DNA from: an uncultured Oscillospiraceae bacterium
Lineage (GTDB): Bacteria; Bacillota; Clostridia; Oscillospirales; Oscillospiraceae
Length of the DNA: 60,822 nt
NCBI GenBank assembly: GCA_964652075.1
Contig: CAZYZQ010000001.1
Location: 1,538-62,359 of the forward strand
Reading direction: 5' to 3'
Under the pieces are notes generated by a model, which saw only the letters and a program-made list of their open reading frames with translations, was not told the origin of the DNA and ran no database searches. A program made the translations under genes and the position numbers. Below are positions 7,813-15,936 of the stretch, one piece after another. Positions within the stretch are counted from its first letter, which is position 1; every line of letters starts with the position of its first letter.

Positions 7813-8100
7813 CCAATAGAACATCCCTCGTGACCTCCCCGGAGGGGGAGGTGGCACGGGCGATAGCCCGTGACGACACCCCGCATATTCTCGCGGGGCG
7901 TCCCGAGGCCCGTTCCTTTGGGCCGAGGGTAAGGGGGATAATTTTTCGCGAGAGGGAGGGCCGCGAAAGGGACATAGCGGCTTGGGTTTTACGAATTCGC
8001 CGAAAGCCTTTTTGCATCGCAAGTCCCTACCGCATCCCCCTTCAGGCGGCTATCGCCGCCAGCTCCCCCTCTGGGGCGCTCACGAAAGCCGTTCTATTGG
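7813..8100. repeat. Mosaic hairpin repeat element, copy A (CCAATAGAAC ... GTTCTATTGG termini)
   Basis: A 288-bp intergenic element. Both ends and much of the interior recur as the reverse complement at 35353-35585. It contains the hairpins CACGGGC-GATA-GCCCGTG, GGCGGC-TATC-GCCGCC and CCCCGC-ATATTCT-GCGGGG. Confidence 0.8.
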
Positions 8101-8124
8101 TGGTACGGTGTGCATTTTGCGCCG

Positions 8125-9537
8125 TCACATCTTTCGTCCGGCCTCGTACCGCCGGATCGGAAAGCTCCTTCTCACGCACGCGCGGGCCGCGTTGAGATCG
8201 GGCAGCGCCCCGCGGGCGAGAAGCTGTGCCAGCAGATTCCCGATGGCCGTCGCCTCGCCCGGCCCGGCGAGAACCGGGATGCCGCAGGCCTCGGCGGTCA
8301 GGCGGTTGAGGTAGTCCGCGTTCGAGCCGCCGCCGACGATATGCAGGCACGCCGGGCGTGTGCCCGTCAGCGCCGTCAGCTCGTCCACCGTCCGGCCGTA
8401 GCACGCGGCAAGGCTGCGATAGACAACGCGCGCAACCTGCCACGCACTCTTCGGCACGGCCTGCCCGCTCTCGCGGCAGGCGTCCCGCACGGCCTCGGTC
8501 ATACTTTCCGGCGCGAGGAAGCGGCTGTCCGCCACATCGACAAGCGACGCGATCGTCTCCCGCTCCGCGCGGTCGCAGAGCGTGGCGAAGTCCGGCCGCC
8601 CCGCCGTCTCGCGCCGGACGGACTGGATCATCCACAGGCCCATGATATTCTTGAGGAAGCGGTAACGGTATTCATACCCGCCCTCGCTTGTGAAGTTGTG
8701 TGCCCGCGCGCGGCCGGAGCAGTCCGCCGCGTCCCGCTCGACGCCCATCAGGCTCCACGTGCCGGACGACAGATACGCCGCGCCCTCTCCCTCCGCCGGG
8801 ACGGCCAGCACGGCGGAGGCCGTGTCGTGCGTCGCGGGGACGATGACGTCGCAGTCGAAGCCCACCTGCGCCGCGCTCTCCGGTGTCAGGCGGCCCAGCG
8901 TCGTGCCGGGCGGAACAATTTTCTGGAACAGCCTGCGCGGGTAGCCGAGCGCGTCGATCAGCGCCCAGTCCCAATCGCGCGTTATGGGGCTGAGCAGCTG
9001 CGTCGTCGTGGCGTTGGTATACTCCGTGGCCATGCGGCCGGTCAGGCGGTAGTGCAGGTAGTCCGGGATCAGCAGCATCGCCTGCGCCGCCGCGAGCTGC
9101 TGCGGCGCGGTTTGCTTCACGGCCATCAGCTGGTAGATCGTGTTGAAGCTCTGCTTCTGGATGCCCGTACGGGCGTAGAGCGCCGCCTCCGGGATCGTCT
9201 CATAGACGCGCGCGTCCATGCCCTGCGTGCGCGCGTCGCGGTAGCCGACGGCCTTGCCGATCCGCCGCCCGTCGCCGTCCAGCAGCACGAAGTCGACCGC
9301 CCACGTGTCGATGCCCACGGCGACCGGCGTTTTGCCCTGCGCGTGCGCGGCGCGCATCCCCGCCAGCACGTGGGAGAAAAGCGCGTCCACATCCCAGCAC
9401 AGCGTCCCGGACCCGTCCGGCGTCTGGCCGTTTTCAAAGCGGTAGACCTCCTCGGTTTTGAGGATTCCATCCTCAATCCAGCCCAGAATATGGCGGCCGG
9501 ACGAAGCGCCGATATCGACGGCGAGATAGTAGTTCAT
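8125..9537 (-). CDS. rhaB: Rhamnulokinase
   Basis: 470 aa in the FGGY family. The N-terminus MNYYLAVDIGASSGRHILGWIEDGILKTEEVYRFENG is characteristic of RhaB, and it sits in a rha gene context. Confidence 0.9.
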   Translation of the reverse strand: MNYYLAVDIGASSGRHILGWIEDGILKTEEVYRFENGQTPDGSGTLCWDVDALFSHVLAGMRAAHAQGKTPVAVGIDTWAVDFVLLDGDGRRIGKAVGYRDARTQGMDARVYETIPEAALYARTGIQKQSFNTIYQLMAVKQTAPQQLAAAQAMLLIPDYLHYRLTGRMATEYTNATTTQLLSPITRDWDWALIDALGYPRRLFQKIVPPGTTLGRLTPESAAQVGFDCDVIVPATHDTASAVLAVPAEGEGAAYLSSGTWSLMGVERDAADCSGRARAHNFTSEGGYEYRYRFLKNIMGLWMIQSVRRETAGRPDFATLCDRAERETIASLVDVADSRFLAPESMTEAVRDACRESGQAVPKSAWQVARVVYRSLAACYGRTVDELTALTGTRPACLHIVGGGSNADYLNRLTAEACGIPVLAGPGEATAIGNLLAQLLARGALPDLNAARACVRRSFPIRRYEAGRKM

Positions 9538-10520
9538 GATGTTGCCTCCTGTTCTGAACGGTGCGCGGCGCGGTACTGCGCCGGGGTGCAGCCGAAGCGC
9601 GCGGCAAAGCGGCGGTAGAAGAACGCCGCGTTTTCATACCCGACCGCCGCCGCGACCTCCGTGACCGGCAGGTCGGTATTGCGCAGCAGCGTCGTGGCCC
9701 GCGCGAAGCGGACGGTGTGCAGCAGCTCCGTGAACGTGCAGCCCGTCTCGGCCTTCAGAAGGCGCGAGAGGCGGCAGTCGGTCGTGCGCTCGCGCGCGGC
9801 CAGCTCCTGCAGCGAGCACAGGCGGTAGTGCTCCTCGATATACGCCAGCGCGCGCAGCACCAGCGCGTGCTGCTCCTCCGCCCGGGTGCGCACGACGAGA
9901 TGGTCGGAGTAGCCCGCAAGGTGCTGCAGCAGCAGCGACAGCGTCGCCTGCTCGATCTCGCCGCGCTCTGTCCCGCCGGCCTGAAGCAGCAGGATCAGGT
10001 TTTCCAGCAGGTTCTGCACCGGCACGGACGAGGCAACGTCGAAGACCAGATAGTCCGGCACGCCCCGCTGCCCCGCGTTCATGAGAAACAGCCACAGCGG
10101 GTTTTCCGCGTCGAGCGCGGCGGCGGTCGCGTCGAAAAAGCGCGGCAGCAGGATGAAGTTCACGGCCAGATCGTCCTGCCCCGCGGGCAGGATCTCGTGC
10201 TCAACCGTCTGGTTGAGGATCATCAGGTTGCCCGCGTGCAGCTCGAGCGTCTCGCGGCCGTCGATGATGTGCGTCGTGTGGCCGGACAGCATGTAGACCA
10301 TCTCGACATAGTTGTGCCGGTGGCGGGGAAAGCGGACGAAGCGCGCGTGCATCCGCATCCCACACAGGTGCCCCGGCGGCAGCAGCCGCGCCTGATCGAC
10401 GAGCGACTGCGTGCGTGAATAATAGGACATATCCGCGCCCTGCTTCCCGGCGAGATACGCCCGCTCCTCCGGCGTGATACGCCGGAGCTGGTCGATGGTT
10501 GCCCGCTGCATTCCGCGCAC
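9534..10520 (-). CDS. AraC-family transcriptional regulator (cupin sensor + HTH), probable rhamnose regulator
   Basis: 328 aa with a cupin-like N-terminal half (FPRHRHNYVEMVYMLSGHTTHIIDG) and a C-terminal AraC HTH (TFTELLHTVRFARATTLLRNTDLPVTEVAAAVGYENAAFFYRRF). A 4-nt ATGA overlap links it to rhaB. Confidence 0.9.
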   Translation of the reverse strand: MRGMQRATIDQLRRITPEERAYLAGKQGADMSYYSRTQSLVDQARLLPPGHLCGMRMHARFVRFPRHRHNYVEMVYMLSGHTTHIIDGRETLELHAGNLMILNQTVEHEILPAGQDDLAVNFILLPRFFDATAAALDAENPLWLFLMNAGQRGVPDYLVFDVASSVPVQNLLENLILLLQAGGTERGEIEQATLSLLLQHLAGYSDHLVVRTRAEEQHALVLRALAYIEEHYRLCSLQELAARERTTDCRLSRLLKAETGCTFTELLHTVRFARATTLLRNTDLPVTEVAAAVGYENAAFFYRRFAARFGCTPAQYRAAHRSEQEATS

Positions 10521-10575
10521 CTTCTCCCCTTTTTTTCTCCATCATAGCGGACAAACCGCCCAGCGTCAAGTATTT

Positions 10576-10610
10576 GCAAAATCGGATATACCGGACGCAA
10601 AATCGGATAT
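10576..10610 (+). promoter_or_regulatory. Tandem direct repeat, candidate AraC/RhaS-type operator for rhaA-rhaD
   Basis: GCAAAATCGGATAT occurs twice (10576-10589 and 10597-10610), 21 bp apart centre to centre. The second copy ends 22 nt upstream of a TAGGAT -10 candidate (10633-10638). Confidence 0.6.
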
Positions 10611-10700
10611 TGTTTTTTCCCGCGCAATCCGCTAGGATGGACACAGAAGAGAAACCGAATCCGGGCGCCGCCCCGCGCCCCTGTAAAGGAGAATTGCGAT

Positions 10701-11951
10701 ATGACAGTCTATGAATCCGCAAAAGCGCGCTACGCCGCGCTCGGCGTCGACACGGAGGCCGCGCTCTCGCGTCTTGCCTCCATTCCGATCTCGCTGCACT
10801 GCTGGCAGGGCGACGACGTGGTCGGCTTCGAGCCGCACGCCGGCGCGCTCTCCGGCGGCATCCAGACCACCGGCGACTATCCCGGCCGCGCCCGCACCCC
10901 CGAAGAGCTGATGGCCGACCTCGACGAGGTGCTGGCCATGCTGCCGGGAAAACACCGCCTGAACCTGCACGCAAGCTACGCCGTCTTCGCCCCCGGCGAG
11001 GCCGTCGACCGCGACCGGCTCACGCCCGCGCACTTCCAGCCGTGGATTGACTTCGCCAAGGCGCGCGGCCTCGGCCTCGACTTCAACCCCACGTGCTTCT
11101 CCCACCCGATGGTGAAGGACGGCCTGACGCTCTCCTCGCCGGATGAGACGGTGCGCCGCTTCTGGATCGACCACTGCAAGGCCTGCCGCGCCATCGCGTC
11201 GGAATTCGCGCGTCAGCTCGGCACGGAGAGCGTCGTGAACATCTGGATTCCGGACGGACTGAAGGACGAGCCCGCCGACCGCCTCGGCCCGCGCGCCCGC
11301 TTTGCTTCGGCGCTCGACGAGATCTACGCCGTCCCCGCGCCGGGCGTTGTCGACTGTCTGGAGAGCAAGGTCTTCGGCATCGGCGTGGAGAGCTACACCG
11401 TCGGCTCGAACGAGTTCTGCCTCGGCTACTGCGGCACGCACAAACATGTCTTCCCCCTGCTCGACAACGGCCACTACCATCCGACAGAGTCCGTCGCGGA
11501 CAAGATCCCGGCGCTTTTGCTGTTCTTCGACCGGCTCGTGCTGCACGTGACGCGCGGTGTGCGCTGGGATTCCGACCATGTTGTTCTGCTGACGGATGAG
11601 ACGCGCGCGATTGCGCAGGAGCTGGTGCGCTGCGACGCGCTCGGACGCGTGCCGGTCGCGCTGGACTTCTTCGACGCGTCCATCAACCGCGTCGGCGCAT
11701 GGGTCACCGGCGCGCGCGCGATGCGCAAGGCGCTGCTCGAAGCGCTGCTGACCCCGCACGAATCCCTGCGGCAGATGCAGAACGAGAGCCGCTTCACAGA
11801 GCGCATGATGACAACCGAGGCGCTGAAAACCCTCCCCTTCGGCGCGGTCTGGGACGAGTTCTGCGCCCGCGAGAGCGCGCCGGACGACCTCGCCCTCTAC
11901 CCCCGCGTCGCGGCCTACGAACAGAAAATTTTGCCGGAACGGGCGGAATAA
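10701..11951 (+). CDS. rhaA: L-rhamnose isomerase
   Basis: 416 aa, collinear by eye with E. coli RhaA (SLHCWQGDDV.GFE, GGIQTTGDYPG.AR, RLNLHA, FWIDHCKA, ESK.FGIG.ESYTVGSNEF, RWDSDHVVLL, DFFDASINR). Confidence 0.97.
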   Translation: MTVYESAKARYAALGVDTEAALSRLASIPISLHCWQGDDVVGFEPHAGALSGGIQTTGDYPGRARTPEELMADLDEVLAMLPGKHRLNLHASYAVFAPGEAVDRDRLTPAHFQPWIDFAKARGLGLDFNPTCFSHPMVKDGLTLSSPDETVRRFWIDHCKACRAIASEFARQLGTESVVNIWIPDGLKDEPADRLGPRARFASALDEIYAVPAPGVVDCLESKVFGIGVESYTVGSNEFCLGYCGTHKHVFPLLDNGHYHPTESVADKIPALLLFFDRLVLHVTRGVRWDSDHVVLLTDETRAIAQELVRCDALGRVPVALDFFDASINRVGAWVTGARAMRKALLEALLTPHESLRQMQNESRFTERMMTTEALKTLPFGAVWDEFCARESAPDDLALYPRVAAYEQKILPERAE

Positions 11952-11965
11952 CTGCTTCGCACCCG

Positions 11966-12206
11966 CGATAGAACAGCCCCCGCAAAGCTCCCCCCAGTGG
12001 GGGAGCTGCCCCAGTGCGCACACTGGGGCTGAGAGGGGATGCAGTTACAAGTCTGTACAGCACTGAAATCCATGCGAAAAAGATTCGCGCAGGCTGCTGC
12101 AAACGCCCGGCCTTTGTACAATCCTTTGGTGCAGCCCCTCTCAGTCACGGGCTTTCGCCCGTGCCAGCTCCCCCCGAAGGGGGAGCTTAGCGGAGCTGTT
12201 CTATCG
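11966..12206. repeat. Mosaic hairpin repeat element, copy C (CGATAGAAC ... GTTCTATCG termini)
   Basis: A 241-bp element between rhaA and rhaD. It contains GCTCCCCCC-AGTG-GGGGAGC, CCCCAGTG-CGCA-CACTGGGG, CACGGGC-TTTC-GCCCGTG and GCTCCCCCC-GAA-GGGGGAGC. Confidence 0.75.
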
Positions 12207-12265
12207 AAGGTACGGCACAAGACGGGACAGAGCACTACAACGCTGAAAACACAGGAGGACATACA

Positions 12266-13087
12266 ATGAACATTCTCGACGCGCCCTTTGTACAGGGCTT
12301 TTTACGGATGATGGACGACGGCTGGCGGCAGGGCTGGCATGAGCGCAACGGCGGCAACCTCTCCTACCGCATCCCGCGCGCGGATGTGGAGGCCGTCTCG
12401 GCGCACTTTACGCCGCAGGCGTGGCAGGAGATCGGCGCGGACGTGCCGGCGCTCGCGGGCGAATACTTCCTCGTCACCGGCTCCGGCAAGTTCATGCGCA
12501 ACGCGACCATTGCCCCGGAAGAGACCGTCGCCATCATCGAGCTGGACGGAACCGGCACGCGCTACCGCATTGTCTGGGGCCTGACCGCCGGCGGGCGGCC
12601 GACCAGCGAGCTGCCGAGTCATCTGATGAACCACGCCGTCAAGGTCGCGGCGAAGGGCGACGGCTACCGCGTGATCTACCACGCGCACCCGGCCAACACG
12701 ATTGCGCTGACCTTCGTCCTGCCGCTGACGGACGAGGCGTTCACGCGCGAGCTGTGGGAGATGGCGACGGAGTGCCCCGTCGTCTTCCCGGACGGCGTGG
12801 GCGTCGTGCCGTGGATGGTGCCGGGCGGCCGCGAAATCGCCGTCGCGACGAGCGAGCTGATGAAGCGCTACGACGTCGCGATCTGGGCGCACCACGGCAT
12901 GTTCTGCGCGGGGACGGACTTCGATCTGACCTTCGGGCTGATGCACACGGTCGAAAAATCGGCGGAAATTCTCGTCAAAGTCCTCTCGATGGGCGGCAAG
13001 CGCCAGACCATCCGGCCCGACGACTTCCGCGCCCTCGCAAAGGACTTCAAAGTCACATTGCCGGAGCGGTTTTTGTTTGAGAAATAA
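12266..13087 (+). CDS. rhaD: Rhamnulose-1-phosphate aldolase
   Basis: 273 aa, collinear by eye with E. coli RhaD (GW.ERNGGNL, VTGSGKF.RN, WGLT....PTSELP.H, H.HP.N.IALT, VVFPDGVG..PWMVPG, EKSA..LVKV.SMGG..QTI). Confidence 0.97.
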   Translation: MNILDAPFVQGFLRMMDDGWRQGWHERNGGNLSYRIPRADVEAVSAHFTPQAWQEIGADVPALAGEYFLVTGSGKFMRNATIAPEETVAIIELDGTGTRYRIVWGLTAGGRPTSELPSHLMNHAVKVAAKGDGYRVIYHAHPANTIALTFVLPLTDEAFTRELWEMATECPVVFPDGVGVVPWMVPGGREIAVATSELMKRYDVAIWAHHGMFCAGTDFDLTFGLMHTVEKSAEILVKVLSMGGKRQTIRPDDFRALAKDFKVTLPERFLFEK

Positions 13088-13130
13088 TCCCGCACTACGG
13101 GGAGATTTCCTGTAAACAGCGGCGCGCCTC

Positions 13131-13451
13131 CGATAGAACAGCCCCCATTCTTGGCTCGCCGCAGGCGCTGACGCCTCGGCCCAAAGGAAATGGCCTCGGC
13201 GCGCCCCGCCTGAAGATGCGGGGTGTGAGAGGGAGGCGGTAGGGAGTACGTTATTTAGAGATCCCCGCGCGGGGATACCTCTCAGTCGGCTATCGCCGCC
13301 AGCTCCCCTCAAGGTGAATTGGCCGTAGGCCAAGACCGCGCCCACAGGCGCGTGTCGGAGCCAACCGCCCGCAGGGCGGCTCTTAGGCGGAGACGAAAGC
13401 GGCCTGGGCCGTTGCGAAGGGGAGCCAAGGACGTGGGGATTGTTCTATTGG
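13131..13451. repeat. Mosaic hairpin repeat element, copy D
   Basis: A 321-bp element from CGATAGAACAGCCCCC to GGGGATTGTTCTATTGG. Its interior segment at about 13174-13228 is the inverted counterpart of about 7876-7936 in copy A. It also carries the GGCGGC/TCGGC-TATC-GCCGCC module. Confidence 0.75.
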
Positions 13452-13584
13452 AGGATTATACAAGATTTCTAGCCCCTTCAAAAAATCCTCCCTCTTATTT
13501 TCAAAATTTGCAAGCCTTTTCAAAACTTCTCGCGGCGAAGCCCCGAAATATGTGCTATACTTTTGGCAAAGGAGGAATGCATTC

Positions 13585-14046
13585 ATGCCAAAACGTACCA
13601 CTGAGGAGGGCACGCTGCGCAATGTGCGGTGCCCGAAAACAGGCGAGATCGTCGGCTTTTGCTTCGGCGTGCGCCTGCCGCGCTACCGCGGGAATATGCT
13701 TTCGCTGATTAACGGCTATTATGTCAACGTCGATGGAGAGGAGTTCCCGCAGGACGCCATGCGCTTTGCCGTCAACGGCAAGCCGCCGCGCACCTGGGCC
13801 GAGATCCGCGAGGCCGTCTGGGAGCACTGGAACTACCGCGACACCGCCTACCTGTACATCGAAAAGCCCGGCGGGCTGGCCCCCGGCAAGCACACCGTCC
13901 TGGCCGTCGTGTCCAACTTCGAGCAGTACGGCTACATGCCGACCGACCAGGAGCGCGTGGACAACGTGATCGTCCCCACCGCCGCGGGCACCGGCTTTGC
14001 CGAGTCCGGCGCGGCGCAGGAGCTGGAATTACAGGAGGAGGAATAA
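13585..14046 (+). CDS. Small subunit-like protein of C-glycoside deglycosidase (DUF6379 / DgpB-CarC-like)
   Basis: The start is moved to the ATG at 13585 behind AAAGGAGGA (the track starts at 13552), giving 153 aa. GEIVGFCFGVRLPRYRGNMLSLINGYYVNVDGEEFP..MRFAVNGK...WEHWNY...YLYIEKPGGLAPGKH matches my recollection of the beta subunit family. A 2-nt gap separates it from a TIM-barrel partner, the same small-then-large gene order as dgpB-dgpC. Confidence 0.55.
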   Translation: MPKRTTEEGTLRNVRCPKTGEIVGFCFGVRLPRYRGNMLSLINGYYVNVDGEEFPQDAMRFAVNGKPPRTWAEIREAVWEHWNYRDTAYLYIEKPGGLAPGKHTVLAVVSNFEQYGYMPTDQERVDNVIVPTAAGTGFAESGAAQELELQEEE

Positions 14047-14048
14047 CC

Positions 14049-15092
14049 ATGGCCATTCATCGCGGCGTATCGTCATACAGCTACCAGAACCTGATCTTCG
14101 CGCGGAAAATGGACCACCGGGAGTTCATCCGCACCGTCACGCAGGACCTGCACACCGACGGCATCGAGCTGATCGACGAGACCTTTATCGACAACTACCC
14201 CTTCCTCTCCGAGGAATTTGAATACGACTGGAAAAACACCATCGCCCGCTACGGCGCGAAGTCCGTCACGATGGACATCTACCTTGACGTGCTGCAGTTC
14301 CGCGACCACGTCATGAACTACGACGAGGCCGCCGAGCGGCTGCGCCGGGATCTCCGCATCGCAGCGCGGCTCGGCTTCCAGAACGTGCGCTGCCTGATCA
14401 CGATTCCGGTCGAGGTCATTGAGCAGTGCATCCCGCTGGCCGAGGAGCTGAACGTGCGCATCGGGCAGGAGATCCACGCGCCGATGCCGCTGGTCTACGA
14501 CCCCGCGCACCCGCGCAAGTTCCACTTCAGCGCCCCCGCCGACGAGGTTGACCGCATGATCGACCTGATCGAGCGCACGGGCACGAAGCATGTCGGCTTT
14601 GTGCCGGACATGGGCCTGTTCCAGCACGGCCTGACGCCGATCATGTTCGCGCAGGCGCGCAGGCGCTGCCCCGTGCCCGAGGCGGTTGACTACCTTGAAG
14701 AGAACAAGGGCAAGATGCCCGACCCGGAGTTGCTGGCCAAGATGACCGAACAGTTCGGCGAGGCCGCCTGCGCCCCGCTCATGCGGATGATCGTCACGCA
14801 GGGCAGCGCGAAGCCCGAGGAGCTTCTGAAGGTGCTGCCCTACACCGTCTCCATCCACGGCAAGTTCTACGAGATGGTCGAGGATCCCAAGAACCCCGGC
14901 CACTACTACGACCCGTCGACCGACTACGCCGAGATCTTCAAGTATCTCAAACAGGGCGGCTTTGACGGCTACATCGACTCCGAGCTGGAGGGGCAGGGCT
15001 ACTGCAACGACCTGCCCGACGAGCAGATGCTCGACGAGCGCGAGCAGGTTCGCCGCCAGCACCAGATGTGGCTCGACCTCGGCGCGGTCTGA
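14049..15092 (+). CDS. Xylose-isomerase-like TIM-barrel protein; C-glycoside deglycosidase large (catalytic) subunit-like
   Basis: 347 aa with sugar-phosphate isomerase/epimerase-type barrel motifs (DGIELID, RIAARLGFQNVRC, VRIGQEIHAPMP, HVGFVPDMG, SIHGKFYEM, GYIDSELEGQ). It is apparently translationally coupled to the preceding small gene. Confidence 0.6.
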   Translation: MAIHRGVSSYSYQNLIFARKMDHREFIRTVTQDLHTDGIELIDETFIDNYPFLSEEFEYDWKNTIARYGAKSVTMDIYLDVLQFRDHVMNYDEAAERLRRDLRIAARLGFQNVRCLITIPVEVIEQCIPLAEELNVRIGQEIHAPMPLVYDPAHPRKFHFSAPADEVDRMIDLIERTGTKHVGFVPDMGLFQHGLTPIMFAQARRRCPVPEAVDYLEENKGKMPDPELLAKMTEQFGEAACAPLMRMIVTQGSAKPEELLKVLPYTVSIHGKFYEMVEDPKNPGHYYDPSTDYAEIFKYLKQGGFDGYIDSELEGQGYCNDLPDEQMLDEREQVRRQHQMWLDLGAV

Positions 15093-15140
15093 GCGTGTTA
15101 TCCCGTTTTTCATTTCCCAATCTTCTTTCTCCCCTCGCAC

Positions 15141-15184
15141 GCGGCTCCGGCGGCCCATCCCGCCGGAGCCGCACTTTTTTCTTC
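15141..15184 (+). terminator. Rho-independent terminator after the TIM-barrel gene
   Basis: GCGGCTCCGGCGG-CCCATC-CCGCCGGAGCCGC followed by ACTTTTTTCTTC. Confidence 0.85.
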
Positions 15185-15250
15185 GCCCCACGGTGTGCTA
15201 TGATCGGGTTAACACGGCGCACACGCGCCGGACGAAACGGAGGGAAGATT

Positions 15251-15880
15251 GTGACCGTGATTTACGGGTATATCCGCGTCAGCACGCGGGAGCAGAACGA
15301 GGACCGGCAGCTGATCGCCATGCGCGAGGCGGGCGTGGCCGAGCAGAACATTTTTCTGGACAAGCAGAGCGGCAAGGATTTCGAGCGCCCCGCCTACCGC
15401 CGCCTGCTGCGGCGCATGAAACGCGACGATCTGCTCTATATTAAGAGCATCGACCGTCTGGGGCGCAACTACGCGGAGATTCTGGAGCAGTGGCGCGTCC
15501 TGACGCGGGAGAAGGGCGCGGACATCGTCGTGCTGGATATGCCGCTGCTCGACACGCGCCGCGGCCGCGACCTGATGGGCACGTTCCTGTCGGACATTGT
15601 CCTGCAGGTGCTCTCGTTCGTCGCGGAGAACGAGCGCGTGAACATCCGCCAGCGGCAGGCGGAGGGCATCGCCGCTGCAAAAGCGCGCGGCGTGCGCTTC
15701 GGCCGGCCGCCCCGGCCGCTGCCCGCGCCGTTCCCCGCCGCCTACCAGCGCTGGAAGGACGGGAAAATCTCCGGCACCGCCGCCGCGCGGCAGTGCGGCC
15801 TGCCGCTCGCGACCTTCCGCTACCGCGCCGCGGCCTACGAAAAGGCCGGGCCGCCCGTTGACGCGGCGGAAAATTGCTGA
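15251..15880 (+). CDS. Small serine recombinase (resolvase/invertase family)
   Basis: The start is moved to the GTG at 15251 behind GGAGGG (the track starts at 15068). VIYGYIRVSTREQNEDRQ carries the catalytic Ser motif, followed by LLYIKSIDRLGRN and a C-terminal HTH (ISGTAAARQCGLPLATFRY). About 209 aa. Confidence 0.9.
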   Translation: MTVIYGYIRVSTREQNEDRQLIAMREAGVAEQNIFLDKQSGKDFERPAYRRLLRRMKRDDLLYIKSIDRLGRNYAEILEQWRVLTREKGADIVVLDMPLLDTRRGRDLMGTFLSDIVLQVLSFVAENERVNIRQRQAEGIAAAKARGVRFGRPPRPLPAPFPAAYQRWKDGKISGTAAARQCGLPLATFRYRAAAYEKAGPPVDAAENC

Positions 15881-15886
15881 TATAAT
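15858..15886 (+). promoter_or_regulatory. Sigma-70-type promoter for the SDR gene, embedded in the recombinase 3' end
   Basis: TTGACG (15858-15863), a 17-nt spacer, then TATAAT (15881-15886). The recombinase stop codon lies inside the spacer. Confidence 0.6.
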
Positions 15887-15936
15887 GGTAATAACTTACA
15901 GAAAGCGCCGCGGCGCGGCGCATGGAGGGACAACCT

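Noticed and set aside
4969-7833. 954-aa plus-strand ORF, the longest apparent ORF in the first 10 kb
   Set aside because: It is exactly antisense to the 885-aa glycosidase gene, which has convincing enzyme motifs and an RBS. The antisense product is a monotonous R/A/V/G/L-rich sequence.
7813-13451. Repeated GC-rich hairpins considered as a possible CRISPR array or as small peptide genes
   Set aside because: The repeats are dispersed in separate intergenic regions. They are not regularly spaced by unique spacers, they vary in order and orientation, and no cas genes are present. ORFs crossing them (e.g. 7830..8195, 12039..12269, 13319..13708) differ in frame between copies.
15093-15936. Invertible promoter switch controlled by the adjacent serine recombinase
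   Set aside because: I looked for inverted repeats of at least 10-12 bp flanking the promoters on either side of the recombinase gene and found only trivial 6-bp matches (GTGTGC/GCACAC). This remains possible at longer range but is unsupported by what I can see.
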